From NCBI GenBank assembly GCA_003164675.1, contig PLTX01000092.1, positions 2,296-66,295 of the forward strand: a stretch of 64,000 nt of DNA, read 5' to 3'. Source of the DNA: Verrucomicrobiota bacterium. GTDB taxonomy: Bacteria > Verrucomicrobiota > Verrucomicrobiia > Palsa-1439. The position numbers were made by a program, and so were the translations under genes. How positions within the stretch are numbered: the stretch's first letter is position 1; each line of letters opens with the position of its first letter. Shown here in pieces: positions 18,069 through 27,041 of this stretch. The notes below the pieces were generated by a model. That model was not told the DNA's origin and did not search any database. It saw only the letters and a program-made list of their open reading frames with translations.

Positions 18069-19561
18069 AACTCGCGGACATTGTCAAAACGGTCAAGCCG
18101 CTGGCGGTCATCGGTCCGCTGGACCAGGAAATTACCGGCATCGCCTATGATTCGCGCCGCGTGATGCCCGGCCACATGTTTGTGGCGATGCGTGGCGAGC
18201 GGACCGACGGACATCGCTTCGTGGAGGCGGCCATCGAACGGGGCGCGGCGGCGATTGTGTTGGAGCGCGACGCCAGCTTCAATCCACGGGCCACGCGCAT
18301 CAAAGTCAGCGATGCCCGATGGTCGATGGCGCAGGCGTCGGCCCAATTCTATAACCATCCCTCGCAGCAGTTGAAGGTCATCGGAGTTACGGGAACCAAT
18401 GGCAAGACCACGACGGCATTCATGGTGAAGGCCATTATGGAGGCGGCGGGGATTTCCTGCGGCCTGCTGGGCACGGTGCAGTATCAGATCGGCCAGCGTG
18501 TGATCCCCGCGTCGCGGACGACACCCGAGTCCGTCGATATCCAGGACATGATGAGCCAGATGCTGCGGGCCGGCTGCGGCGGCGTGTCGATGGAGGTCAG
18601 TTCCCACGCGATCGATCAATTGCGCGTGGAAGAAGTGGATTTCGATGTCGCGATCTTCACGAATCTTTCGCAGGACCATCTCGATTACCACGGGACGATG
18701 GAAGAATATTTCGAGTCGAAAACGAGGCTGTTCAGCGCGTTGGGCACTGTCCGAAAGGCGGGCCGTGCGGTAGTGAATGCGGATAACGCTTACGGTTGTG
18801 ACTTGATCGAGCGCTTGGGTGGGGACCACGCCGTACTTAGCTACGGCGTTTCAAGCGCGGCGGTCATTCGCGCCGAGGACGTGCGTGTGTCGGCGGAGGG
18901 AAGTTACTTCGTCGTCCACACGCCCCAGGACAGTATCCCGATGTCACTTCCATTGATTGGACGCTACAACGTGTCCAACGCGCTGGCGGCCATCAGCGCC
19001 ACTCAAGCCATCGGCATCGATCTGCGGACGACCGAATCGGCGCTGGCGCAATTGCGTCCCGTGCCGGGCCGCGTCGAGAGGGTGCAAGTTCCGGAGGACT
19101 TCAAGGTGTTCGTGGATTACGCGCATACGGCGGACGCGTTGCGCAACGTGCTGGCCACGGTCGCGGAACTGGCCCGGGGACGGCTGATTGTGGTGTTCGG
19201 CTGCGGGGGCGACCGCGACAAGGGCAAGCGGAAGGTGATGGGGCAGGCGGCTTGTGATTTGGCGGACTTTTCCATCATCACAACCGACAACCCGCGCACG
19301 GAAGACCCGCGGGAAATTGTGAAGCAGATCGAGGAAGGGTTCACGGCCACCAACGGCAACCACCATCAGGTGATCAACGATCGCCGCGAGGCCATCGAAC
19401 GGGCGCTGGATATCGCGCGGCCGGGTGACGCGGTGGTGATTGCCGGCAAGGGACACGAGACCTATCAGGAATTTGCGGACACGGTTGTGCCGTTCAACGA
19501 CCGTCAAGTGGTTGAAGATTATTTTCGTTTGAGTGGAACACGGTGGAAACCTTGCGTTTAG
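18065..19561 (+). CDS. murE: UDP-MurNAc-L-Ala-D-Glu:meso-DAP ligase
   Basis: Mur ligase GTNGKTT P-loop. DNPR motif (meso-DAP type). Position in the cluster. Confidence 0.9.
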   Translation: MKLADIVKTVKPLAVIGPLDQEITGIAYDSRRVMPGHMFVAMRGERTDGHRFVEAAIERGAAAIVLERDASFNPRATRIKVSDARWSMAQASAQFYNHPSQQLKVIGVTGTNGKTTTAFMVKAIMEAAGISCGLLGTVQYQIGQRVIPASRTTPESVDIQDMMSQMLRAGCGGVSMEVSSHAIDQLRVEEVDFDVAIFTNLSQDHLDYHGTMEEYFESKTRLFSALGTVRKAGRAVVNADNAYGCDLIERLGGDHAVLSYGVSSAAVIRAEDVRVSAEGSYFVVHTPQDSIPMSLPLIGRYNVSNALAAISATQAIGIDLRTTESALAQLRPVPGRVERVQVPEDFKVFVDYAHTADALRNVLATVAELARGRLIVVFGCGGDRDKGKRKVMGQAACDLADFSIITTDNPRTEDPREIVKQIEEGFTATNGNHHQVINDRREAIERALDIARPGDAVVIAGKGHETYQEFADTVVPFNDRQVVEDYFRLSGTRWKPCV

Positions 19562-20955
19562 AACAATTAGCTGAACTTTGTGAGGCGCGGCTGATTCGCG
19601 GCGAGCCAGGAAGGCTGGTCGGACGAATCAGTATCGACTCACGCGCGTTGGGCCGGGGCGATTGCTTTGTCGCTCTGCGCGGCCAGCGCTTTGACGGACA
19701 CGAATTCGTACCCGATGTGGCCCGCTTGGGGGCATCGGCGGCGGTAGTCTCGAATCCTACCCGTGCAATGAACTCGCCTAGTGCCTTGGCGCTTCTCCAA
19801 GTGCAAGACACCCTCACCGCATTGCACAAACTCGCAACGAACTACCGCCGGCTGATGCCCCCAACCACCCGCCTGATTGCCGTTACCGGCTCGAGCGGGA
19901 AAACGACCACCAAGCGGCTCATCGCCTCGGTGCTTGGGGAACGGTTTAATGTAGTGGAATCGTCCGGCAATAACAACAACCACATTGGTGTGCCGCTCAA
20001 CCTCTTACGGCTGGACCGCGCGCACGACTACGGCGTGTTTGAACTGGGGACGAATCATCCGGGTGAAATCGCCGCGCTGGCGAAGATGGTGCGGCCCGAC
20101 ATCGGCGTCATCACCAACGTCGGCCTGGGGCATGTCGAGTTCTTCGGGGACGAAGCCGGAGTGGCCCGAGAGAAGGGATCGCTGTTGGAAGTGTTGCCGC
20201 GCAACGGCGACGGTCTCGCGGTGATCAATGCCGATGACAAGTGGTGCCACGAATTGCGCGCGCACACGAACGCGACGGTGGTAACGGTCGGGATCGACAA
20301 TTTCGCGGACATCCGCGGTAGCGAGATCAAAATCAACGGGGATGTGAAGTTCCGCCTCAACATCGCGAAGAAGCGGGAAGATGTGATCGTGCGGCTCAAG
20401 ACGCTCGGTCGCCACCAGATCTACAACGCGTTGCAAGCGGCCGCCATTGGCTATTTCGCGGGAATGGACCTGGATGAAATCCGTGTTGGTTTGGAAAACG
20501 CGGAATTTCCGCACATGCGGATGGAGTTGGTCACGATCGATGGCGTGCGGTTTGTGAACGATTGCTACAACGCCAACGTGGTGTCGATGAAGGCCGCGTT
20601 GCAAATGATTCGCGAAACCCCGTGCAACGGACGGAAGATCGCCGTACTCGGCGACATGCTGGAACTCGGCGAATGGACACAGTCGGCGCACGGTGACATC
20701 GGGGTGATCGCAGCCAACTGCGGCCTGGCCTTGCTGATCACGGTCGGCCAGTCCGCGCGGCTGATCGCGCAGGCGGCCATCGAAGCGGGCATGGAAACCC
20801 ACCGGGTCCTGCCGTTGGCCACGACGACGGAGGCGGAAGAGACGATCCGCACGCTCGCGCAGGAAGGTGATTTTGTGTTGGTCAAAGGTTCGAGACGATT
20901 GCAGTTGGAACGAATTGTGGAGGGATACCGAAACCATGTAGTCGCGCCTCTGTGA
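19543..20955 (+). CDS. murF: UDP-MurNAc-tripeptide:D-Ala-D-Ala ligase
   Basis: Mur ligase GSSGKTT P-loop. Position after murE. Confidence 0.85.
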   Translation: METLRLEQLAELCEARLIRGEPGRLVGRISIDSRALGRGDCFVALRGQRFDGHEFVPDVARLGASAAVVSNPTRAMNSPSALALLQVQDTLTALHKLATNYRRLMPPTTRLIAVTGSSGKTTTKRLIASVLGERFNVVESSGNNNNHIGVPLNLLRLDRAHDYGVFELGTNHPGEIAALAKMVRPDIGVITNVGLGHVEFFGDEAGVAREKGSLLEVLPRNGDGLAVINADDKWCHELRAHTNATVVTVGIDNFADIRGSEIKINGDVKFRLNIAKKREDVIVRLKTLGRHQIYNALQAAAIGYFAGMDLDEIRVGLENAEFPHMRMELVTIDGVRFVNDCYNANVVSMKAALQMIRETPCNGRKIAVLGDMLELGEWTQSAHGDIGVIAANCGLALLITVGQSARLIAQAAIEAGMETHRVLPLATTTEAEETIRTLAQEGDFVLVKGSRRLQLERIVEGYRNHVVAPL

Positions 20956-21038
20956 GGCGCCAACCAGTAGTGTGTGGGGACTGCGCCTCCCCGAGGCGCG
21001 GCAACACGGGTGTGAGGAAGTGACGGACCGAGGAGGAG

Positions 21039-22136
21039 ATGTTTTACTATCTGAGCGAGTATACGCAGTGGTTCTCGCCGTTGCGGGTGTTTCAATACGT
21101 GACCTTCCGCGCGGTGTTTGCCGCACTGACGGCGCTGTTGATGTGCGTGTTTGTGGGGCCGTGGCTCATTCGCCGTCTGGTCGAGATGAAACTCCAGCAG
21201 CCGATCCGCGGCGAAGACGATCTGCGGGAATTGGCCAAGACCCACGGCCAGAAAGCCTGCCCGACAATGGGCGGCATCCTCATCATCTGGGCGGTGGTGG
21301 ATTCGGTCCTGCTGTGGGCGCGTCCGACCAATCAACTTGTTTTGATTTGCCTGGTGACGTTGATTTGGCTCGGCGGGATTGGGTTCCTGGACGATTGGGC
21401 GAAGGTACAGGCGCGAAAGTCCGAAGGGATGCGCGCGAAAACAAAGTTTCTCTTTCAAATCGGTCTGGGATTGTTTGTGGGGACGTTGCTCCTGACCGAT
21501 CCGCTGCTCGGCCAGACCGCGAGGAAATTGATGATGCCTTTCGTGAAAGGGCCAGTGATCGCGGACATGGGATGGTGGGCGTTGCTGCTGGTGGTGGTGG
21601 TGATCGTCGGCTCGTCGAACGCCGTGAACCTGACGGATGGCCTCGACGGTTTGGCGACGGGATGCACCCTGACGGTGGCGCTAACGTATGCCGTGATGTG
21701 TTACGTGGCCGGCAATTTCAGATTTGCCAGTTACCTGCAGGTGCCGTTCGTGTCGGGGGCCGGCGAATTGACGGTGGTGTGCGCCGCGCTCATCGGCGCG
21801 AGCCTGGGGTTTTTGTGGTTCAACTGCCATCCGGCGCAGGTGTTCATGGGCGACACCGGTTCGCTGGCGATTGGCGGGTTGATCGGCGCCATTGCGGTGA
21901 TGATCAAGCAGGAGTTGGTGCTGGTCATCGTCGGTGGAATCTTCGTGATGGAAGCCGCCTCGGTCATTTTGCAGGTCGCCAGCTTCAAGCTCCGCGGCAA
22001 GCGGATTTTTGCGATGGCGCCGTTGCATCACCATTTCGAGTTGCGCGGCTGGTCGGAGACCAAGGTGACCACGCGATTTTGGGTGTTGTCGGTAATCTTT
22101 GCGTTGCTGGGATTGGCAACGCTGAAATTGAGGTGA
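21039..22136 (+). CDS. mraY: Phospho-N-acetylmuramoyl-pentapeptide transferase
   Basis: Canonical MraY sequence, including NAVNLTDGLDGLA. Confidence 0.95.
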   Translation: MFYYLSEYTQWFSPLRVFQYVTFRAVFAALTALLMCVFVGPWLIRRLVEMKLQQPIRGEDDLRELAKTHGQKACPTMGGILIIWAVVDSVLLWARPTNQLVLICLVTLIWLGGIGFLDDWAKVQARKSEGMRAKTKFLFQIGLGLFVGTLLLTDPLLGQTARKLMMPFVKGPVIADMGWWALLLVVVVIVGSSNAVNLTDGLDGLATGCTLTVALTYAVMCYVAGNFRFASYLQVPFVSGAGELTVVCAALIGASLGFLWFNCHPAQVFMGDTGSLAIGGLIGAIAVMIKQELVLVIVGGIFVMEAASVILQVASFKLRGKRIFAMAPLHHHFELRGWSETKVTTRFWVLSVIFALLGLATLKLR

Positions 22137-22143
22137 TTGAGAA

Positions 22144-23508
22144 ATGCAGACGATGGAATTGAGGGGTAAGGACGTGGTCGTGCTGGGGTTGGGCCGTAGC
22201 GGGATGGCGGCGGCATCCTTGTTGCAGCGCGACGGCGCGCGCGTGGTGGTGCGGGACGAATCGGCCGGAGACCAATTACAGGAGCGGGCGATGCGGCTGC
22301 GCCGGTTGGGTGTGCGGGTGGAGCTGGGCAACCAGTTCAACCGCTCGACGCGGTTTGACCTCGCGGTGGTCAGTCCGGGCATCGGGCCCGAGCGACCGAT
22401 CGTGCGGGAGGTATTGACGCAGAATACGCCGCTCCTGAGTGAGCTGGAATTGGCGTACCGTTTTTGCCTGTGCCCGATCATTGCCATCACAGGCACGAAT
22501 GGGAAAACGACAACGACGGAATTGATCGCCGCGATGCTGGCTGGTTGCGGCAAACGCACCACGGCGGCAGGCAATATCGGGAATGCGTTTTCCGACGCGG
22601 TGGAAGCCAGCGCGGGGTTGGACGCCGTGGTGCTCGAAGTCAGCTCGTTCCAGTTGGAGAAGATCGAGCAGTTTCGCGCGAGCATCGCGGTGTTGTTGAA
22701 CATCACGCCCGACCACCTCGACCGTTACGAGTCGATGGATGCCTACGCGGCGGCAAAGTCGTTTATTTTCATGAACCAGCGACCGGAAGACACGGCGGTC
22801 GTCAGTGTGGAGACGCTGGAAACACTGCGGCGCATGGGCATTGCGATCAAGGCGCACCCGATCACGTTCAGCGCCTACAACCACGAAGCGGACGTCTGGC
22901 TCGACTGGTTCGACAACGAAACAATTTGGTGCCGGTTGCCGGAATGCCGCGGGATTCTGCTGAAGATGAGTGAGACGAACCTGCGCGGCGTGCACAATGC
23001 CGAGAACGTGCTGGCGACGCTCGCGACCGGGTTGGCCATGGGGTTGCCCGTATCACGAATGCGCGAGGCGATTTGCTCGTACTGTCCGCAACCGCACCGG
23101 TGTGAATTCGTGGCGGAAGTTGATGGAGTGACGTACATCAACGATTCGAAGGCGACCAACGTCGATGCCGTCGAGAAGGCGCTGCGTTCCCTGACGGGAC
23201 GCTGCGTGCTGATCGCGGGCGGTCGCGACAAGGGTTTGGATTTCACTTCGCTGAAGGAGGTGGTTGCCGACAAGGTCAAGCTGGCGGTGTTGATGGGTGA
23301 GGCGCAGGGCAAGATGTGGCGCGCCTGGTCCAGGGTCGCGCCGTGCGTACGCGCGTTTTCAATGGAAGAGGCCGTCCGCCTGGCGGCCAGTCATGCCCGC
23401 CGGGGCGATACGGTGTTGTTGTCGCCGGCGTGCGCCAGCTTTGACATGTTCGAGAATTATGAACATCGCGGTGAGGAGTTCAAACGGCACGTCTTCAACT
23501 TGCCGTGA
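22144..23508 (+). CDS. murD: UDP-MurNAc-L-Ala:D-Glu ligase
   Basis: GLGRSG N-terminal Rossmann fold and GTNGKTTT P-loop. Confidence 0.9.
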   Translation: MQTMELRGKDVVVLGLGRSGMAAASLLQRDGARVVVRDESAGDQLQERAMRLRRLGVRVELGNQFNRSTRFDLAVVSPGIGPERPIVREVLTQNTPLLSELELAYRFCLCPIIAITGTNGKTTTTELIAAMLAGCGKRTTAAGNIGNAFSDAVEASAGLDAVVLEVSSFQLEKIEQFRASIAVLLNITPDHLDRYESMDAYAAAKSFIFMNQRPEDTAVVSVETLETLRRMGIAIKAHPITFSAYNHEADVWLDWFDNETIWCRLPECRGILLKMSETNLRGVHNAENVLATLATGLAMGLPVSRMREAICSYCPQPHRCEFVAEVDGVTYINDSKATNVDAVEKALRSLTGRCVLIAGGRDKGLDFTSLKEVVADKVKLAVLMGEAQGKMWRAWSRVAPCVRAFSMEEAVRLAASHARRGDTVLLSPACASFDMFENYEHRGEEFKRHVFNLP

Positions 23509-23569
23509 GGTGACGTAACCGGATTTGCAGAACAACAATCGATCAAAACAACAATACCGAAAGGAACCA

Positions 23570-24676
23570 ATGAAAGTCTCGAAAGTCGTACTCATCGTCG
23601 TAGCGTTACACGTCCTTGTGATCGGGGGCATCGTCGTCTTTGAGGGGTGCTCCCGGGTCAAGAGCAGCACGCCGGATATGGCGGCGAATGAAAGCCTGCC
23701 CGGCCAGCAACCCGACAGCAACGTGGTGACTTCCATCCCGAATCCGCAAGGTCCGGGAGCGGTCAACCCGCTGGCGCCTGCAACGTCCATGGCGGGCAAT
23801 GAAGCACCGGCTCCGGCACCGGTGGCAGCGGCGCAACCCGCGCCGGTCTCGGCGACCGTGCATGTCTACGTCGTGAAGAAGGGGGATTCCCTGTGGAAGA
23901 TCGCCAAGGCGGAGAGCGTTACCGTCGCCGAACTCAGTCGCGCGAACAATATGTCGAAGACCAGCCCGCTGAAGGTTGGCCAGAAACTGACCGTGCCCGC
24001 GGCGAAGGCGGAGAAGACCAGCGTCGCGACCGCCTCCGTGGTCCCCGCCCCAACGGACGCCAACAGCGTCCCGTCCGGGGCGACCGCATCAGCGGCTCCG
24101 TCAACGGGAACCGACGACAGTGGCAATCTGTACGTGGTGAAGTCCGGGGATTCACTTTGGAAGATCGCCCGCCACAAGAACGTCACCATGGCCGCGCTCA
24201 AGCAGGCGAACAATCTGAATGGTGATTCGCTCAAGGTTGGCCAGAAGCTCCACATCCCGATGGCGACGGCCAAGGCCGCGACGGACACGGCTGGCAACAC
24301 CGTTAGTGCGGGCATTGCGGCCACGTCGTCGGCAGGGTGGCAGGCTCCCGGCACCTACACGGAGAACGGGCAGACAATCCACATCGTGGACTTCAAAGAA
24401 TCCCCGGCGACGATCGCCAAGAAGTACGGCATCAAGACCGAGGACCTGCTCAAAGCCAACAACATCACCGACCCGAAGAAGGTCCAGTACGGTCAGCGTC
24501 TGGTGATCCCGTCGCAGCAGCCGAGTGCGACAGCGTCGACCACGACGGCCCCCGCGACGACGCCGGTCGCCAACACAACGCTGGTAGCGAACGCAACGAC
24601 TACGGGAACAACGGCCCCAACCACGCCGGCACTGGCGGCACCGGTTGTGTCCGCATCGCGTGCGACAGTACAATAA
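23570..24676 (+). CDS. LysM-repeat peptidoglycan-binding protein (membrane-anchored, three LysM domains, Ala/Thr-rich linkers)
   Basis: Three YVVK(K/S)GDSLWKIA...LxxAN-type LysM repeats. N-terminal transmembrane helix. AAGGAA ribosome-binding site. Confidence 0.75.
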   Translation: MKVSKVVLIVVALHVLVIGGIVVFEGCSRVKSSTPDMAANESLPGQQPDSNVVTSIPNPQGPGAVNPLAPATSMAGNEAPAPAPVAAAQPAPVSATVHVYVVKKGDSLWKIAKAESVTVAELSRANNMSKTSPLKVGQKLTVPAAKAEKTSVATASVVPAPTDANSVPSGATASAAPSTGTDDSGNLYVVKSGDSLWKIARHKNVTMAALKQANNLNGDSLKVGQKLHIPMATAKAATDTAGNTVSAGIAATSSAGWQAPGTYTENGQTIHIVDFKESPATIAKKYGIKTEDLLKANNITDPKKVQYGQRLVIPSQQPSATASTTTAPATTPVANTTLVANATTTGTTAPTTPALAAPVVSASRATVQ

Positions 24677-24717
24677 CCACAAGCCATAGATTCGCTTAAC
24701 CAGAAAGTTGGAGGCCT

Positions 24718-25857
24718 GTGAACAAGGCTGCCATCACGCTGTTGACGATCATGCTGGTGTTGTTGACCATTGGCGTGGTCATGCTCTTCAGCACGAGCGC
24801 CCTGTACGCCAAGGACCGCTACGGCGATCAGCACTATCTGCTGAAGCGGCAACTGGCGTGGATGCTCGTCGGAGCCGTCGGATGCGGGATGGCTGCCAGT
24901 TTTCCCTACCCGAAACTGCGCGGCGTGTGCACGGCCATGCTCGTCGTCGCCGGGGTCATGCTGGCGCTGGCGTTGGTTCCCCACATCGGGCTGAAGGTGG
25001 GCGGCGCGCGCCGCTGGCTTGGGTTTGGTCCGATGCGGTTTCAACCATCGGAACTCGGGAAACTGGCGTTGGTCGTGTGGCTGGCGCACTGGCTTGCGAA
25101 AGAGAAACGGCGTCTCGACCGGTTCAGCCGCGGGTTTGCCATTCCCATGGGCGTGGTCGGGATAATGTTGCTGTTGATTCTGGCCGAGCCAGACTTCGGT
25201 TCCACGGCGCTGATGGCGTCAGTGAGTTTTGCGATGATGTACATCGCGGGCGTGCGGCTGCGGTTCCTGGTGCCGACCATCCTCAGTGGCGTGGCGGGAT
25301 TTGCCACGCTCGTCATCCACAACCCGACGCGTGCGGCGCGGCTCATGGCGTTCATGGATCTGGAGAAATACAAGCAGGGCGCCGGCTATCAGGTGTGGCA
25401 GGCGATCCTTGCGTTTGGGTCGGGTGGATTCAACGGACTGGGCCTGGGCAACAGTTTGCAGAAGATGTTTTACCTGCCTGAGGCCCACACGGACTTCATT
25501 TTTCCGATCATCGGCGAAGAACTGGGATTGGTGGGAACGCTGGCAATCCTGCTGGCGTTCGCGTTGTTGATGGTGTGCGCGGTGGTTATCAGCTTGCGGG
25601 CGTCGGACTTATTCGGGCAGTACCTCGGCATGGGCATCGCGGTGCTGTTGGCCATGCAGGCGCTGATCAATATCGGCGTGGTCACGGCGTGGTTGCCGAC
25701 GAAGGGGCTGCCGCTGCCGTTTATCAGTTTTGGCGGATCGAACCTGGTGCTGAACATGGTTGCCATCGGGTTGCTCTTGAACATTTACCGACACGGTTCC
25801 GCGGAAGCGGAGAGTGAGGAACAGGAATTCTTCGCGCGGCGTTCGTCACTCACGTAG
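24718..25857 (+). CDS. ftsW: Peptidoglycan glycosyltransferase FtsW (SEDS family)
   Basis: Ten-transmembrane SEDS protein between murD and murG. GGAGG ribosome-binding site and GTG start. Confidence 0.9.
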   Translation: MNKAAITLLTIMLVLLTIGVVMLFSTSALYAKDRYGDQHYLLKRQLAWMLVGAVGCGMAASFPYPKLRGVCTAMLVVAGVMLALALVPHIGLKVGGARRWLGFGPMRFQPSELGKLALVVWLAHWLAKEKRRLDRFSRGFAIPMGVVGIMLLLILAEPDFGSTALMASVSFAMMYIAGVRLRFLVPTILSGVAGFATLVIHNPTRAARLMAFMDLEKYKQGAGYQVWQAILAFGSGGFNGLGLGNSLQKMFYLPEAHTDFIFPIIGEELGLVGTLAILLAFALLMVCAVVISLRASDLFGQYLGMGIAVLLAMQALINIGVVTAWLPTKGLPLPFISFGGSNLVLNMVAIGLLLNIYRHGSAEAESEEQEFFARRSSLT

Positions 25858-25880
25858 GAGGCGCGGTCGCGGTTGCATGA

Positions 25881-27041
25881 ATGAAAGTCATGATCGCATG
25901 CGGCGGGACGGGGGGGCATCTATTCCCGGGGGTGGCGGTCGCGGAGATCCTCGACGCGCGCCGGCATCGAGTCCGGTTGTTGGTGTCCGAAAAGGCAATC
26001 GATCAGACGGCCTTGGCAGTATCGACCGGTTGCTCCAACCGTTCGGACGGTATCGCGGTGGAAGCGGTGCCGGCCGTGGGGTACGAGGGGCCGGGGCAGT
26101 TGGTTAAGTTCTGCCTGCGCCTGGCAAGAGCGACGCGGGGGTGCGTCGCGGCTTGTGACGAATTCGAGCCGGATGTGGTGCTGGGAATGGGGGGATTCAC
26201 GTCCGCGCCGGCGGTGTTTGGGGCGCGATGGTTCCGCCAGCACAGGTCGGCGACGTTGATCCACGAATCCAACGCCGTGCCCGGCAAAGCGAACCGTTGG
26301 GCGGGCCGATTGGCGGACCACGTGGCGGTCGGGCTGGCCGACTGCGCCCGGTATTTTGGGCGCAAGCCGGTGACGGTCACGGGCACGCCGATTCGCGCGG
26401 CGTTGCGGCGCGGCAAAGTGGCCGATGCGCACGCGCAGCTTGGTTTGGAGACCGGGCGGTTGACCGTGCTGGTCGCGGGGGGCAGTCAGGGGTCTCACGC
26501 GATCAACGAAGGCGTGGCGCGCGCACTGCCGCTGCTGCGGTCGCGGGCGGACGGGTTGCAGTTTGTGCATTTAACAGGCGCGAAGGATGAAGAGTTCATA
26601 CGCGAGACGTACGAAAAGAATGGAGTTCGGGCAACGGTAATGAGTTTTTGCGGACAGATGGAATTGGCGTATAGCGCGGCCGACGTGGTGGTAGCGCGTT
26701 CCGGAGCCGCCACGCTCACCGAGATCGCGGCGTTTGGCTTGCCCGCGATTCTGGTTCCGTACCCGCACGCCGCAGGCAATCACCAGTGGTACAACGCGCG
26801 GGTGTTCGAGCGGGCCGGGGCGGCGCGGCTGATCGAACAACCCCGAAAGCTCCAAGGTTTTTGGGGTGCATCGCCATCGGATGGAGAGCGCTCGGCACGG
26901 GGTGAACAATTCGCCGGGGCCATCACGGAACTGCTCGACGACGAAGTGCGTCGCCGCGGCATGGCCAGAGCCGCGCGGTCGCTGGCAGTGGACGACGCGG
27001 CGGACCGCATCGCAACCCTTTTGGAACAATATGGGGAATAA
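25881..27041 (+). CDS. murG: Undecaprenyl-PP-MurNAc-pentapeptide-UDP-GlcNAc GlcNAc transferase
   Basis: ACGGTGGHLFPGVAVAE N-terminus. GT28 family. Confidence 0.9.
   Translation: MKVMIACGGTGGHLFPGVAVAEILDARRHRVRLLVSEKAIDQTALAVSTGCSNRSDGIAVEAVPAVGYEGPGQLVKFCLRLARATRGCVAACDEFEPDVVLGMGGFTSAPAVFGARWFRQHRSATLIHESNAVPGKANRWAGRLADHVAVGLADCARYFGRKPVTVTGTPIRAALRRGKVADAHAQLGLETGRLTVLVAGGSQGSHAINEGVARALPLLRSRADGLQFVHLTGAKDEEFIRETYEKNGVRATVMSFCGQMELAYSAADVVVARSGAATLTEIAAFGLPAILVPYPHAAGNHQWYNARVFERAGAARLIEQPRKLQGFWGASPSDGERSARGEQFAGAITELLDDEVRRRGMARAARSLAVDDAADRIATLLEQYGE

Noticed and set aside
26866-27030. 55-codon N-terminal extension of the murC-murB ORF overlapping murG
   Set aside because: The canonical MurC N-terminus (MGNKQQLIEF...) begins at 27031. 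The extension lies inside murG in another frame.
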